Source: Podarcis vaucheri (taxonomy: Eukaryota). Taken from it: 64,000 bases of DNA. Positions 1 to 13,490 of the stretch are shown piece by piece (position 1 is the first letter of the stretch; the number at the start of each line of letters is the position of its first letter). A program made the translations under genes and the position numbers. The notes below the pieces were generated by a model, which saw only the letters and a list, made by a program, of their open reading frames with translations, was not told the origin of the DNA and did no database searches. Where the stretch lies: the NCBI GenBank assembly GCA_965113315.1, contig OZ220377.1; one strand, 5' to 3'.

Positions 1-574
1 CAGAGATCCAAAGTGACTGGCAAGGAGGGTAGGAAAACGCCCTAGTGGCTGAACATTTCAGTATGTGAAAGTTAACATCGGAAGAGTCCAGCTGTGGAAT
101 CAGGCCAAAGGCTGGATTTGCCTATGTGATGTCATCACTGAGGGCAAGCGAAGTCAAATGGTGAGTGAGGGCAGCATAGGAAGAGGCTGGTCACTGGATC
201 ATTTACTCTTGTTCTCACAGTGACCAGCCAGGAGCCAGACTGGGCTATATGCTGCCATCACTGAGGGCAAATGCAGTAAGATTGCAGTCTTTATGGTTCT
301 GAGTAAAGAGCTTTGCAACTAAGTTGTGGTTTTCTTCCCCACAGAGCAGAAGAGACTTCCTTATACCAAATCAGACCATTGGTCCATCTAGCTCAGTGTT
401 ACCTGCACTGACTGGCAGTGCAGGGTTTCAGACGGGTCCTGCCCAGCCCCTGGGGATTGAAGCTGGGACCGTCTGCATGCAAATGCTCTGTTCCTGAGGC
501 TCACGTCTCCCTCTTTGTATGCGCCTTGCCCACACAGAGGCTCACCTTGCTGTTTATCTTTGTCCATATCCCAG

Positions 575-754
575 GCATCCCGACCCTCATAGTCCTGGAC
601 CCCAAGGGGGACGTGATCACGCGACAAGGCCGGGTGGAGGTGCTGAACGACATCGAGTGCCGGGAGTTCCCCTGGCACCCCAAACCCGTCCTGGAGCTGA
701 CCGACTCCAACGCCGTCCAGCTGAACGAGGGCCCTTGCCTCGTCCTCTTCGTAG
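575..754 (+). CDS. NXN: Nucleoredoxin, internal coding exon (third from last; 180 nt)
   Basis: cccag|GC ... GTAG|gtaagg boundaries; translates GIPTLIVLDPKGDVITRQGRVEVLNDIECREFPWHPKPVLELTDSNAVQLNEGPCLVLFV, matching vertebrate NXN; upstream exons lie outside the window. Confidence 0.96.
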
Positions 755-1247
755 GTAAGGGATTCCCCCAACTGCGGCAGCCGCTTCCTCACCTGCCTCT
801 TCTCCCCCGCCCCCACCCCCCACTTAGAAGGTTGCAGAGATCAGAAACAGCACCTCTCTTCCTGAAAGTTGAATAAGTGGCTTTGGAAATTTTCCAGTCC
901 TCAAGATTGCAACACACACCCTGTTTCTAACCAGAAGCAACATACCAGACGTAACCTCAAGCCTGGGGGTCAGGTGTGGCCCTCCATATGCCTCTGTCTG
1001 GCCCTTGGAACTCTCTCCAAGCCATGATCCTCATGGGTCATTTTCAAACCCGCCTTGTTTTTTGTTTTTTAATGGGCCTGGCTGGAAATGTGCCCTTGAA
1101 CTCTGAGCATGCCTATTGCTTGCTTGGATGGCGAACAGAGGAGGGAGAGAGAATGTGAATGTGTTAGAAACTAGAATACCATACAAAGGCAAAACCTGCA
1201 TTTCTTGCTCTGCCCATTTTCCCCTCTTCCCCTGCCCACTTCTAGTA

Positions 1248-1662
1248 CAGTGGTGCCCCGCAAGACGAAATTAATTCGTTCCGCAATTTTTGTCGTCTGG
1301 CGAATTTTTCGTCTTGCGAAGCACGAAATCCCATAGGAATGCATTGAAAATCAATTAATGCGTTCCTATGGTCAAAAAAAGTCCAAACAAAGCCAAATTT
1401 GGTACGACAACAGTTTATTAACTGCTCTTTAAAGTCACACATACTGTAAAGAGCAGTTCAAAAATTTAAGGGAAAATAAATTAACTTTATAAACAAAACA
1501 TGTCTTTGTTTTTAGTCAAAGAAAAAAAGTCGCGAGACGTTTTCGTCTTGCGAAGCAAGCCCATAGGGGAAATTCGTCTTGCGAGGCAAATCGCGAACGG
1601 AAAAAACTTTCGTCTAGCGAGTTTTTTGTATTGCGAGGCATTCGTCTTGCGGGGCACCACTG
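1248..1662. mobile_element. Tc1/mariner (pogo/Tigger-like) MITE, family B
   Basis: Perfect 22-bp TIR CAGTGGTGCCCCGCAAGACGAA, TA target duplication. Confidence 0.9.
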
Positions 1663-2847
1663 TATGTGGCCCTCGGGAGGTTGTCCAGAAGGGAATGCAG
1701 CTCTCTGCCTGAAAAGGGTTCCCCATCCCTGGCTTAGTGTGCTCCCCAAACCCTGGGGTCGCTGTTAGGCTTTCTCCTCCGTCAGCCATAGGACAAGTCT
1801 TGGGTCACGGTTAAGGAGGAGAGACTGTGACTCCGTTCCCAGGCTTGGATGACGTGTTAATCCCAGGCATGGGGAAGCAGTGGCTCTTTGGGCATCACTG
1901 GGCTATAACTCCCATCATTCCTGGTTGTTAGCCTCGCAGGCTGGAGCTGATGGGAGTTGTAGTCCAACATCTGGAGGCCACCCTGCTCTGGTAATCCCGG
2001 GTAATTCCAGCCCAGTGGAAATCTCCGTTCAGCATGAGGCTACATCTCCCCCCTGCAAGCAACACCCCACCCACCCACCCACAGTGATGTGGTACCTTAA
2101 TCGGATGAGCTGTTCCCCTGTTGCAGCCATGCTGTGCCTGATCAGTTCCCTTACAATGGCGGCACTCCAAGCCTCACATTCATCCGTTTCCTGTTTCTGC
2201 CCCTGGAGTCTTCTCCCCCTCCACCCAACCGAGGACTCAAGCTGTGTCTGAATGCGGTTGTCTGTAACCCCCCTGGAGTGCGGGGCCAATTGCGCTTCTT
2301 TCACGGCACGTACATCTAAGCCCCCCCACCAACCCCAACAGCTCTCGGTTTGTGTCAGCGGCCGTGGGGGGAAACGGGGGCGGTGAGCGTAACACCTCCC
2401 CACGTAATTAATTCTTTTGCTTTAGATTTGATCTCATGCTTAACCTTTTGTAAAGCGCTGTTTTGTCTGCAAAGTGCTTGAAAATACACAAACGCTTTTT
2501 CGCACGAGCGCACACTTGAGACTGTTTAGTGCTTGGAACGGCTTGTCTTTTGCAACGCCGCTTGTGTAAGCTGTACATCTCCTGCCTTTATCGCAATTGT
2601 GTCCTTCCCTTGCGAGGTGCTTAGGCACACACACACAGGAAAGCAGACAGACCCACGGACACGTGGATATTCAAACCAGGCTCTCGCCATTTTGTTCCTG
2701 TTTTCTGGTTGTAACAGTACCAAATCTGGCTCAGATTGCACCATTGAGGTTTGTTTCGCTCTGAAATGTCACCTCGCCCCCAGCCCCCCAAAAAGTGTTT
2801 TGGGAAATGCAAAAATGGTTTCTCATACAGTGAATTGGATCAGGGAA

Positions 2848-2888
<41 letters not shown>

Positions 2889-2903
2889 CAGATATAGATA
2901 GAT
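2848..2903. repeat. (GATA)n microsatellite
   Basis: Directly visible; second (GATA)n at 34148-34190. Confidence 0.95.
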
Positions 2904-4874
2904 AATTAAGATTTGCTGCTGCTTAAAATGCTACAACGAAACGAATCATACAATTTTTCACAATGCTGTAGGTGAAATGTATTCTGAATGGGAATGTCTA
3001 TACATGCTTAAATGCAAAAAATAAAACAAAATGATAATGTCCAACAAAATCAATGTGACAGATTGTGCTTAATGAAGGCTATGTTGCAATCAAACAGTAT
3101 ATTGATTTCATTACAGAAATAAATAGCACTGAGACAGTAAGTTTGTTTTGTGTTTTTTTTAAAAAAAACAACAACCCAAAATGATATATCCAAATAGATG
3201 CCTGATCAACAGAATTCATGTCTGTTGATCAGGTATCTCTTCAGATAGATCATTTTATTTATTACGGCTTTAAGCATGTATAGCAGTTCCCTTCATTTTA
3301 GTGGAATACGTTTTTATCTATGTCCTCATCAGTTCTCGAGGTGTGTTATATGTGAAACAAACACGATAGTCTCTGGTCTTAGACGAAGTTGTCTTTTTTT
3401 CTCCTACTGGGATGGGGCAGCTCTGCTCGTCAGCCTAGTTCTCCCCCTCACCGCTGCCTCCTAGTAATTCACTCTCCTCTCCGCTTTCTAGCTCTCTGTT
3501 CAAGCTGAGCTCACTGTGACCCTTCTTATTTATTCAGCAAAGCGCTGCTGCGTGAGGGTCCTCCAGCCCACCGGGAGCCCGACTCTTGTAGCCGGGGGTG
3601 GGAATAGATTGTTGCGCTCCCTGCGGGTGAGTGGGGAATGATTGATAGGGCGGCCCCGTCTGGCTAATGATGGGCCACTCTGGAAGAGAGTTATCCCAGC
3701 AGCATAATAACATCCTCCCCCCTTCCATGCTTGCCTGTGGGGCAGAAATTCAGCGGGGGAACAAATAATCCAGGAATCGTTTCCAGGGGTTCGGTTAGAG
3801 GGTGGATCGTGCTGTGTCCTTGCGGGGTGAAAATGACCTAGAACTCGTATCTGTTGCCATGATGACAAATGTCAAGCCCTCTGCTAATCAGTACCTGTCA
3901 TTACTCTGCCTAGGGAAAACCTTGTCCTTTTTCTCTTTTTTTGACTGGTTTAGGGCTGCTGTTGTTTCTGTATTTCTTTTAAAAAAATAAATTTATATAT
4001 ACATGTATACTGAAAGCTTTAGTGATGCTCCATCCCTGTATATATATAATCACGGCGATCAATAATTCAATTAATCCAGCCATCCCATATCAAAAGGAAC
4101 CTATGCTAATTGTGCAATTAATTCAGCTGAATATTTGAAAACCTTTCAGTTTACCCAGTTTCATTCCACTTTTTTATATTTTCCTTTTCCCCAGATTGAT
4201 TCTAGACCAGTGCATATTAAAATACCAGACAACGGCCCCTTAATACAATAAAAGTGTGCTGAAATGACAATGTAAACATAATAAAACTGCAAGACGGTCC
4301 AAAATTTTAAATGCAGTCGTTAGCTACAACAGCACATGGTTCGCAAATGCTGTTTTAAATTAGCCTGAATGAATGACAGCAGTTAATATTTCATCTGTAG
4401 CTCTTCTTCGTAGTTTATACATAACACCAGTTATTTAAAAAATCTTAATACAGTACTGTATCTTTCTTTTTTACTTCATTACTTGTTATACGTGTAGCAA
4501 ACAAGACTGACAAAGTATTCCAACAATTCAAAGAAAGAAATTGTTTTTCTGTCTTCCTTATATGGTTTATTTTATGTTATTTTTGTTTATAGCCTGCTCT
4601 CTGAAAAAAAGAATAAGTAGACGATATGGGAGTTAGCACATAGCTATGGTTGATGAGGCTGTTTCAGCTTCTTTGCCTTAGCCTAGTATACATATTGACT
4701 CGATCTGTGGAACTGGCACCATTACAGGCGCCACATAATATTTGTTCCACCTTCTAAGAAATCCACTATTTGATGTGGCAAAACTCACCCTTTGGAACTC
4801 CCAGAGACTTGACATCAGGCAAGCATCTTCATTGTACACTTTTCGGCACCCGCTAAAAACCTTTTCGTTTAGGC

Positions 4875-5122
4875 CATGGGTTGGGTCTAAGGCCCGGGGG
4901 CCGGATCCGACCCAATCGCCTTTTGAATCTTGCCTGCGGATGGTCCGGGAATCAGCGTGTTTTTACATGAGTAGAATGTGTCCTTTTATTTAAAATGCAT
5001 CTCTGGGTTATTTGTGGGGCATAGGAATTCGTTCATATATTTTTTCAAAATATAGTCCGGTCCCCCACAAGGTCTGAGGGACAGTGGCCCGGCCCCCTGC
5101 TGAAAAAGTTTGCTAACCTCTG
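4875..5122. mobile_element. hAT MITE, OC1/OposCharlie1-like, inserted in an L2-like fragment
   Basis: 8-bp TSD GTTTAGGC (4867-4874, 5123-5130); end resembles OC1 (ggtctgagggacagtg...ggccccctgctgaaaaagtttg...ctg). Confidence 0.75.
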
Positions 5123-7307
5123 GTTTAGGCAAAACCAGACATGACATGTGGAATGCTGGCATGTGTTTTAATCTGTTTTTAGCTTATTGTTGATTTTAGT
5201 TCTTTTTTGAATGCTTTTCAGAGAATGGTTTTTACTGATAATTTTATTGGTTATGTGTTTGTTTATTTACCCACCCTTCACCCTAAGGTCTCAAGGTGGA
5301 TTATAGCAGTATTGTATTATTATTTTCGTAAACTATTTTGAGGTTTGTGCTTAAAAAAACACCACATTAAGTAAAGTAGTATATAATTTTTTTACAAAGT
5401 AAATAAATAAAGTTAGATTGGGGTAGCCACTGTGGCTCCCTCCAGATTTTGTCAGCTGCAAACCCCTTCATCCCCTGACCATTGGCCATTCTGGCGGGTG
5501 CTGATGGGATTTGTCACCCGACAGCATCTATACCTCTATAGAGATCTACAGCTGCCCCCCCCTTCACCCCTGCACCACTCTGGCTCCTGAAATTCCTCTT
5601 CAGGTGCTGCTGCTGCTATTATTATGATGATGATTATTATGATCATTATCATTATTATTTTCATTTCTATGCCGGTTTCTATTTTTTTTGGGGGGGGGAA
5701 TCTCAAAGCTGTTTACAACACATTTAAACACCAAATAAAACAATCCAGAATGAAACATGATTGAAGTCAAATATGAAGTATACATTCAAAGCAACATAAT
5801 TAAATCGAAATTAAACATTGCAAGGGAGGTCAGCTGCAGAATGCACATTTTATGCAGCAAAGTCAACAACAAGAACAACAAAAAGGAATAGGACAACAAC
5901 AAAAAGGGATAGGGACAAGGGACTTTTGAAATAGTCGTCGTGAAAATCAACGGGCAAGTTACAGGTGCCTTCTGACACTTGAATTGCTGCTGCATTAAGT
6001 TAGATACCAAAAACGACACCCTCCCTCCCTGTGGCTTTCCAGCAGGTTTCCAGCAGGCATTGCTCCCATGTTTTCCGAACATCTTTGCACCCAAATGGAC
6101 TAGAAACTTGATTTTTTTAAAAAGAAGCTTTTTATTCTCTGGAATCTAAGTTTTGGAGCCAGGGCCACATCGTGCATTCTTGCCAGTATTTTCATGGGGT
6201 TGTGATGAGACGCAGGAACTGGCTTCCTGTGACACGCCCCCCCCCAACACACACACACAAACATTTAAAATTGCTCTAAAAGTTCCCCAGATAATTCAGC
6301 TGTCCTTTCAACTGCGGGACACCCTCCCCTATCGATCCAGCCCGACAGCAAAGCCCCATTTTACAGTCCCCCGTCTCTCCATCTCTCTCTCCTCATGACC
6401 CCCCCTCCTTTAAATTAAACAGCAGGAGCCTCAGAGCAGCTTGGAGGGGTGTGTGTATGTGTCTTTACACAGAGCTGCATCTGTGACTATTATTAATCAG
6501 CTTTGTGCCGTATATATTTGCCACCTACTTGGGAGGTCAGCCTGGAGGCACAGGAGCTGGAGCGCAGCCAATTAGCTTTGTTGGTGGGGGGAGAAGGGGA
6601 GAGAAAAAAATTAATCCCATTATTAATCTTTCTCCCCGAATGCAAACATGGAGGGTGGGTGGGATTGTCTGTGTCTCCAGCCTCTCTTGTTCTCTGTTTA
6701 AATTTTTAAAAAGCGAGAGGAACAGGGAGCTCATCTCACGGATCCTTGCAAGCTGACATCCCATGGTTGAAATTACACAGCCAATGCAGACACAAGCACC
6801 ACAACATTCAAAACGTTCCTAATCGAGTCAGCAGTGTGGCTTTGGCCTTCGGGGTTCTTGCGGGTGAGGCCTGCGCATTCCAGCCGGCTTTAGACAAAGA
6901 GACTGTCAAAGCCCCAAACCGCTGCCCTTAACTCGGAGCAGGTCGGAACAGGGGACTGTTTGCAGAAACCCCCAAAGCAGTGATCTATCGTACAACTTTT
7001 AGGAATGTGGGAAGCGATAACTTTATATCAGACCCTGTTATACAGATTGCCCTGCTAGGTATTCATTTATATTTTTAAAAGTACCTGGAATTGGCTAGTT
7101 TTGTTTTTAGAGATTGCTTTAAATTCAGTGCCCTTCAGTGCAAGAGGCAGTAGGCTTGTGAATCACCAGGAGGAGGGGATCACAAGTGAGAGGGGGGCTG
7201 TCACCATTGCACCCCGCTTCCCATGTGGGCTTCCCTGGCCCCTGTGAGAACAGGATGTCAGGCTGCATGGCACGGGCTTTATCAAGCAGGGCTCTTTTGT
7301 TCATGTA

Positions 7308-7622
7308 CAGTGGTGCCCCGCAAGACAAATGCCTCGCAAGACGGAAAACTCGCTAGACGAAAGGGTTTTCCGTTTTGGAGGTGCTTCGCAAAACGAATCT
7401 CCTATGGGCTTGCTTCGCAAGACGACAATGTCTTGCGAGTTCCTGCGGTTTTTTTTTCCTCCCCCCCTTTTCTAAGCCACTAAGCCACTTATCAGCTGAT
7501 CCGATAAGCCGCTAATAGAGCTAACCCGCTAATCCGTTAATGGGCTTGCTTCGCAAGACGAAAAAACCGCTAGACGAAGAGAATCACAGAACGGATTCTT
7601 TTCGTCTTGCGAGGCACCACTG
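7308..7622. mobile_element. Tc1/mariner MITE, family B
   Basis: TIR CAGTGGTGCC(C/T)CGCAAGAC, TA TSD. Confidence 0.9.
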
Positions 7623-8005
7623 TATTTGATTTCACTTGCCGTCAGTGATGGCAGCATGGAGCCAAATCTGCCATCTGGTTGGCCACTGTGGATTAAGATG
7701 GGCCTCTGGTCTGACCCAGCTCTTCTTATAATGTTCTAAGCTGATTGAAGAAGTGTGTGGTTGTGTATCCGACGCTTTCCAGTAACAAATGCATGCCACA
7801 ATTTCACATAAGTGTAGAAAGCACCGTGTGTGTGTGTGTGTGTGTGTGTGTTGTCTTTGCTGTGCCATTTAGCTTCCATGTAGCTGAAACTGCACCATAC
7901 ACAAAGCCCTCCCGGGATACACAGACAGGAGTTGCGTTTAAAAAGTGAGGACTGGAACCTTGAAGCTGAGGTGGATCATTTCCCTCCCCATCTCTTGCCC
8001 TGCAG

Positions 8006-8130
8006 ATTCTGACGACGACGGGGAGTCCGAAGCCGCCAAGCAGCTAATCCAGCCCATTGCCGAGAAAATAATTGCCAAATACAAAGCCAAAGACGAAGAG
8101 GCTCCTCTGCTGTTTTTCGTTGCCGGAGAG
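8006..8130 (+). CDS. NXN: Nucleoredoxin, penultimate exon (125 nt)
   Basis: tgcag|AT ... GAG|gtacgg; DSDDDGESEAAKQLIQPIAEKIIAKYKAKDEEAPLLFFVAGE; phase compatible with neighbouring exons. Confidence 0.96.
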
Positions 8131-8200
8131 GTACGGCCAGGGAAGGGGGAACCGCGGCAGTGGGGAAAAGGGGTGGGTCTTGCATGGGCACATGGCATAG

Positions 8201-8547
8201 TAAGGTAAAGGGACCCCCCATTAGGTCCAGTCATGGCCAACTCTGGGGTTGTGCACTCATCTTGCTTTACTAGCCGAGGGAGCCGGCGTGCAGCTTCCGG
8301 GTCATGTGGCCAGCATGACTAAGCCGCTTCTGGCAAACCAGAGCAGCGCACAGAAACGCCATTTACCTTCCTGCCGGAGCGGTACCTATTTATCTACTTT
8401 CACTTTGATGTGCTTTCAAACTGCTAGGTTGGCAGGAGCTGGGACTGAGCAACGGGAGCTCACCCTGTCACAGGGATTCGAACTGCCGACCTTCTGATTG
8501 GCAAGTCCTAGGCCCTGTGGTTTAAACCACAGTGCCACCTGCGTCCC
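8201..8547 (-). mobile_element. Sauria SINE
   Basis: Reverse-complement (ACCTTT) tail and tRNA-like head; GGCATAG flanking duplication. Confidence 0.88.
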
Positions 8548-9936
8548 TGGGCATAGCTGGCTTTTAATGCTTGTGGGCTTCTGATTCCTCTTAGGGAGGG
8601 CATCTGTTAAAAGCTGAAAGCCACAACACTAGGCTGTCTGCCCCTTTCCCCCGTGCACCCTGGGAACTGTTGTGATGGGAAAGGGGCAAGCGCTCTTTAA
8701 CAGAACTCAGCATCCTCACCAGCCTACAAGACCCAGAATTCCTCAGGGGAGAGGCGAGGGAAGTGTCATCAGCCAAGGGCCACATTCTCTTGTCAGTGAT
8801 CTTCTAAGGGCCACAGGCTTGGGCTTGGGGCGAGGCCAGAGTGAGCGGAGCAAAGGATGCTGCATAAATTTGTAGAGGAAGTTGCTTTCCAGCTGCACCA
8901 AAGTCAGAGGTGTCTCACTCTCTGCACATTCACAGAGGGGAGGGGATGTGGCCTAGGGAGAGGACCGAGGGCCACATAGGGGAGCCCTGAGGGCCGATCT
9001 GAGCTTCCCCACCCCTGCTGCTTTAGGCAAAGCCATGACTGTTATCTCAGGGTCAAAGAATGCAAACTGTAAAGCTGCTGGTTCAAATCTCAGGCCAGCC
9101 GTGAACTTTCTAGGTGGGCTTACAACTTTCTTGCAAGGTAGGAAAGCACTACTATCCTCATTTTACAGATGCGCTTCCTTGCCCTCCTTCCTGCAATACT
9201 TAAAGATAATAGCTTGACTAAGGCCGATATCATGCCAACAGCAAGTTACCAAATAGAAGTCCTCCGTAGAATATACCATCGCAGATTACAGTTCATGGTT
9301 GTGGCTTTAATACAGTTCAATATTTTCTCAATGAATAAATAGAAACCTTGCCTATCAGGTGAGAAGCTTAGGCTAGACCACTTTTCCCTGACATGCCGGC
9401 TTTCTATGTGGAACAAATTTAGTCTGGAGGAGCATTTGACTATGTGATCCCTTCCCTTCGCATATCCAGTCTGATGTGGTTCAGAAACGGGAACTTTAGC
9501 ATTTTTCCTGCTGTCGGTGAGCAAGCGAGGCTTTACAGACTGTTAGCTTAGGCCTCCACCTGCCTCCCCAATCTGCAAAAAATAATACTGGCCCTCCTTG
9601 CAGGATGGTTTGTAAGGATTGAGAAAGCCACTGTCAGCAAAGCACTGCACCCATTTTAAAAACATCCTTTTTAAATCATAGAATCATAGCCGGGAGGTGT
9701 CACGAGGGTCATCTAGTCCAACCCCCTGCAATGCAGGAATCTTTTGAAGGGTCTCATGCTCTACTGACTGAGCTATGCGCCTTCAATTGTTTGAGAAGCA
9801 CACAGTCCAAACACTGTCCCGGGCGCATGGTTAGGGTGAAGGCTTTTGGGAACAAGATGAGGTCGTGTCCGTTGAGATTTAACTTGGAAACCTGACACAG
9901 TTGCTCAGAGCTTTACTTATATTCAGAAGTGGCAAG

Positions 9937-9983
<47 letters not shown>

Positions 9984-10297
9984 TGTGATGTGAGAGAGAC
10001 AGAGAAAGAGAAAGAGAAAGAGATAGCACATTTGTTTGCCAAAGAGTTGCAAGGGATCACTAAGAGAATTTTCAACACCCTGGACCAAACTCAAATCTGG
10101 TTCTTTGCACATTCTCAGGTGTCCTGTTGTCTCCTTATGTGTGGGCTGCTGGCAGTCAAAAGGGGTTTGTATGTAACTCCCGTGTGCCAGGACATTTCCA
10201 GACTGCTGACTGCCGTCTCCCTTCCAACCTGGCTCCCCTCCGTAGCTTTTGCTGACCGGCTTCCATTTGGATCAGAGCCATCCGGTCTTCTCACGTA

Positions 10298-10512
10298 CAG
10301 CCGTACCTTAGATGTCAAACCTTCCAAAACGTTCGGAAGCCAAAGTGCAGCTTCTCATTGGCTGCAGGAAGTTCCTGCAGCCAGTCGGAAGCCCATCGGA
10401 CGTTCGGCTTCCAAAACAACATTCAAAAACCGGAACACTCACTTCTAGTTTTCGATCGTTTGGGAGCCGGAACATTTAACTCTCAAGGTGTTTGGGAGCC
10501 GAGGTATGACTG
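10298..10512. mobile_element. Tigger-like MITE
   Basis: TA|CAGCCGTACCT...AGGTATGACTG|TA. Confidence 0.7.
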
Positions 10513-12984
10513 TAACTCATTTACCACAATTAGTTTGGAACAGAGCCTCCCTGTCCACAGAAAGTCTACCTCTGAATATCAGATTCCGGGGACACTGCAA
10601 TAAATGGGCCTTTGGCCTGATCTAGCAATGTGATTCTTAAGTTCTCTCACCCCACTCCTTTTTTTTTAAAGGAGTTTTGGGGGCTGAGTATGTAAATTAG
10701 GGGGCCTTGTCCGAGACACGGCTCAGCTTTTCAACTCTGGGGGGGGGGGGAATGGGACATGTGGCCATTCCCCTTGTTTCCCGAGCGAGCCAAACGAACG
10801 TGGCGTTCCCTTTCTGCCAGAGACCACCCCTCGTTTTCCAGACCTTTGTTGCTCCTCCGTCCATACGCTTCCCCCTGCCCCGCGACCCCCTAACATGTTT
10901 GAGATGCCTGCCTGCCACCCACCCCCGGGGATTTCTGAATGCGCTCCTTGTTGTAAAAAAAAATGCCTTCTAAAACAAAGGTCTCCAGCACCCTGTTCCC
11001 TCCCTCCCAGATAGCCCCGGGAAATTCCCTTCTCTCTCCCCCCCCCTTCCTCCTGCTTTTCTCCCTCTTGCTCTCCACCCTCCACAGACCAGCCCCACAT
11101 TGACAAACACAGCCCTTCATTCATTTCCAACGCCATCTGCTTGCAGGCTCCCTGACAGCCGCCTGAATGACCCATTCATCACCCACGCCGTAGCTCCTGG
11201 ATGACGCCCCCCGGCGTTGTTTTGCGCTTACCCTGCGAGCGAAAGGGGGCTGCGGTAACGTGCACATGCGCGGCGGGAGGGGGGAGGGCGGCTCCCACCA
11301 CGTCCACCGCATTGATTTACGGGCACTGCGCTTTTTTGCGGTGGGCGGAGCTTCCCTGCGCCGTCTCCCCCCTTTTAAAAGCAAATAATAAACGGACAAG
11401 GGAGGGGTGAAAGGGGGGGAGACTCCCTAGTCCCGCACCTGTTGGGCACCGATAATAGGGGGTTGGTGGGACCCGCCCCCTCGCCAGCTGGCCTTGGCCC
11501 CCGAAGGTGCTGGGAACGCCCTCTTGCCTCTGGGGACCCGACACGGCGACCCCGGGGGGCTTCTTGGGGCACGGAGGGTCCTTTGTGGAAGACAGAACAA
11601 TTGTCAAGCCAATTTATGAGGCCCTCCGAGCTGGTCAGAGAGTGGGAATCGGAGATTTCGAGAACTCTGATCCCGGCATCTGGCAACAATGCCTCCTCAC
11701 CCCCTTCGCCCAGAAAGCCTTTCCAAGATGCTCTCTTCCATCCTCTATAACGCACCCAGCACCGTTGGGTCGGCCTGAGGATTGGTTGCAAACAATACTG
11801 GGGAAGGGGCAGCGTCTCTGAGCACCCCTGGACTTGGTTGACAATTCCTGCATTTCCCCCCATCCCCCCCGGTGCTGCGCCTGCGTGCTCCAGACATTGA
11901 TGGGATTTTGGGCGTGGAGGGATGGGCGCCCGCCATTTTGTCGAGGCAAAGAGGCAGACCAAGATGGATGGAGGCGGGCAATGGGGGTGGGGGAGAGCTG
12001 CGGTCGAAGAAAGAGGGGGGCGCTCAGGGTTGGATAAGAGTGGGCGAGTAAGAAATAATATTTGCCTATTTAGCAGAGGAGCAGTTCAAGATCCACTGTG
12101 TCGTGATGGTTAGCTGATGAACCTGCCAAGGCACGTTGGAATCCAGCTCCCATCAGCCCCGGCGGCTAGCATGCCCACCGGTCTGGGATGATGGAAGTTG
12201 GAGCCCAGGGCTGTCTGGAAGGCTCTGGGGTCGCCATCTCTGGGCTCAGAGAGTAGCATCAGGGAGATCCGGCTTCAAATACCCACTCAGCCCTGAAGTT
12301 CACACTTTCCCTTGGCCTAGCCCACCTTCCAGGGGTGTCGTGGGGTAAAACGAGGAGCAGTATGCTGCCTTGTACTTGTTGAAAAGGTGGGCTATTGATG
12401 CAGCTAATACGTAGGAGAGTCTAAGCCCTTCATGTGCCCAGGTTAGCCCTCAACAACATCCCCCAAAGGTAAGCAGTGGCCATATTGCAGACAGGGCTGG
12501 GGGTGAAAAGCAGAGTTTGTGCTGCTGGCACTGAGGAAGCGCGTTTTACTTTTCTTTTCATCGTGGCTGTCGCGTCTGCCTGCATCTCCTGCCAGAAAAC
12601 CAGGGGAAAAGAGGAATAAATCTCACCAGGGCCTTCATGGCTCAGAATCCTGTCTCTCAGCCCACGCTAGCTGCAGTCACTGTGCCAAGACCCAAACAAA
12701 GCAAAGACTGCCTTCAGCAACACACAGACGTTGCACACAAACAGATCCTTTGCATCCATCTGCTTCTTTATTAAGGTTTTTATTGCCCATTTCTTTGGCA
12801 CTCCACCTTTATCAGGCAGGGTGGGCTGATCTGCCCGGGATATCAATGTTCAGGCCGTCTGTTCTGTGCAGGTGCTTGGGCACACCTCTTTTGCGTGTGT
12901 GGATGCCTTCAGGTATCTCTAACCAAGCCTTATGAGGGAGTTTGGGATGGATTCGCGTTACGGCGAAAGAGATTGTGACTAAAA

Positions 12985-13165
12985 ATTAGGAAGAGTTTTC
13001 TGCCATTCGACAGTGGAGCGGATTCGCTTGGAAGGCGGTGGACTCTCCTTCCTTGGAGGTTTTTAAACAGGTTGGCTGGCCGTCTGTCAGGGATTCTTCA
13101 GCTGCGATTCTTGCATTGCAGGGGGTTGCACTGGATTAACCTTTGGGTCCCCTCCTGTGATTCTG
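12985..13165 (+). mobile_element. CR1 LINE 3' fragment
   Basis: ttaggaagag...tctccttccttggaggtttttaaacag...gggggttg...gattct, typical CR1 3' end; boundaries approximate. Confidence 0.7.
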
Positions 13166-13408
13166 TCTCCTGCACCGTTCTAAGCCTGTCCTTTTTCCCT
13201 TTTCTAATTCAGCCATGAGGACTAGATCCTTGGCTTGCTTTTTTTTAAAAAAAAAATGCAAGTGGAGCTTCTCAAGCTGCTAAAGAGCAACCTGTCGCTC
13301 CACTTAACCTAACCACAATTTGCAGCGCTCTCTGTTCACAGCCTTTCCCCCGTCTGGGTGATAACAGAGCCAAAATAGATAGGGGAACTCTTACTGGCTT
13401 CAGTCAGC

Positions 13409-13411
<3 letters not shown>

Positions 13412-13487
<76 letters not shown>
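13412..13487. repeat. Compound (TG)n(AG)n microsatellite
   Basis: Directly visible; other (TG)n tracts at about 7826-7850 and 9939-9980. Confidence 0.95.
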
Positions 13488-13490
<3 letters not shown>

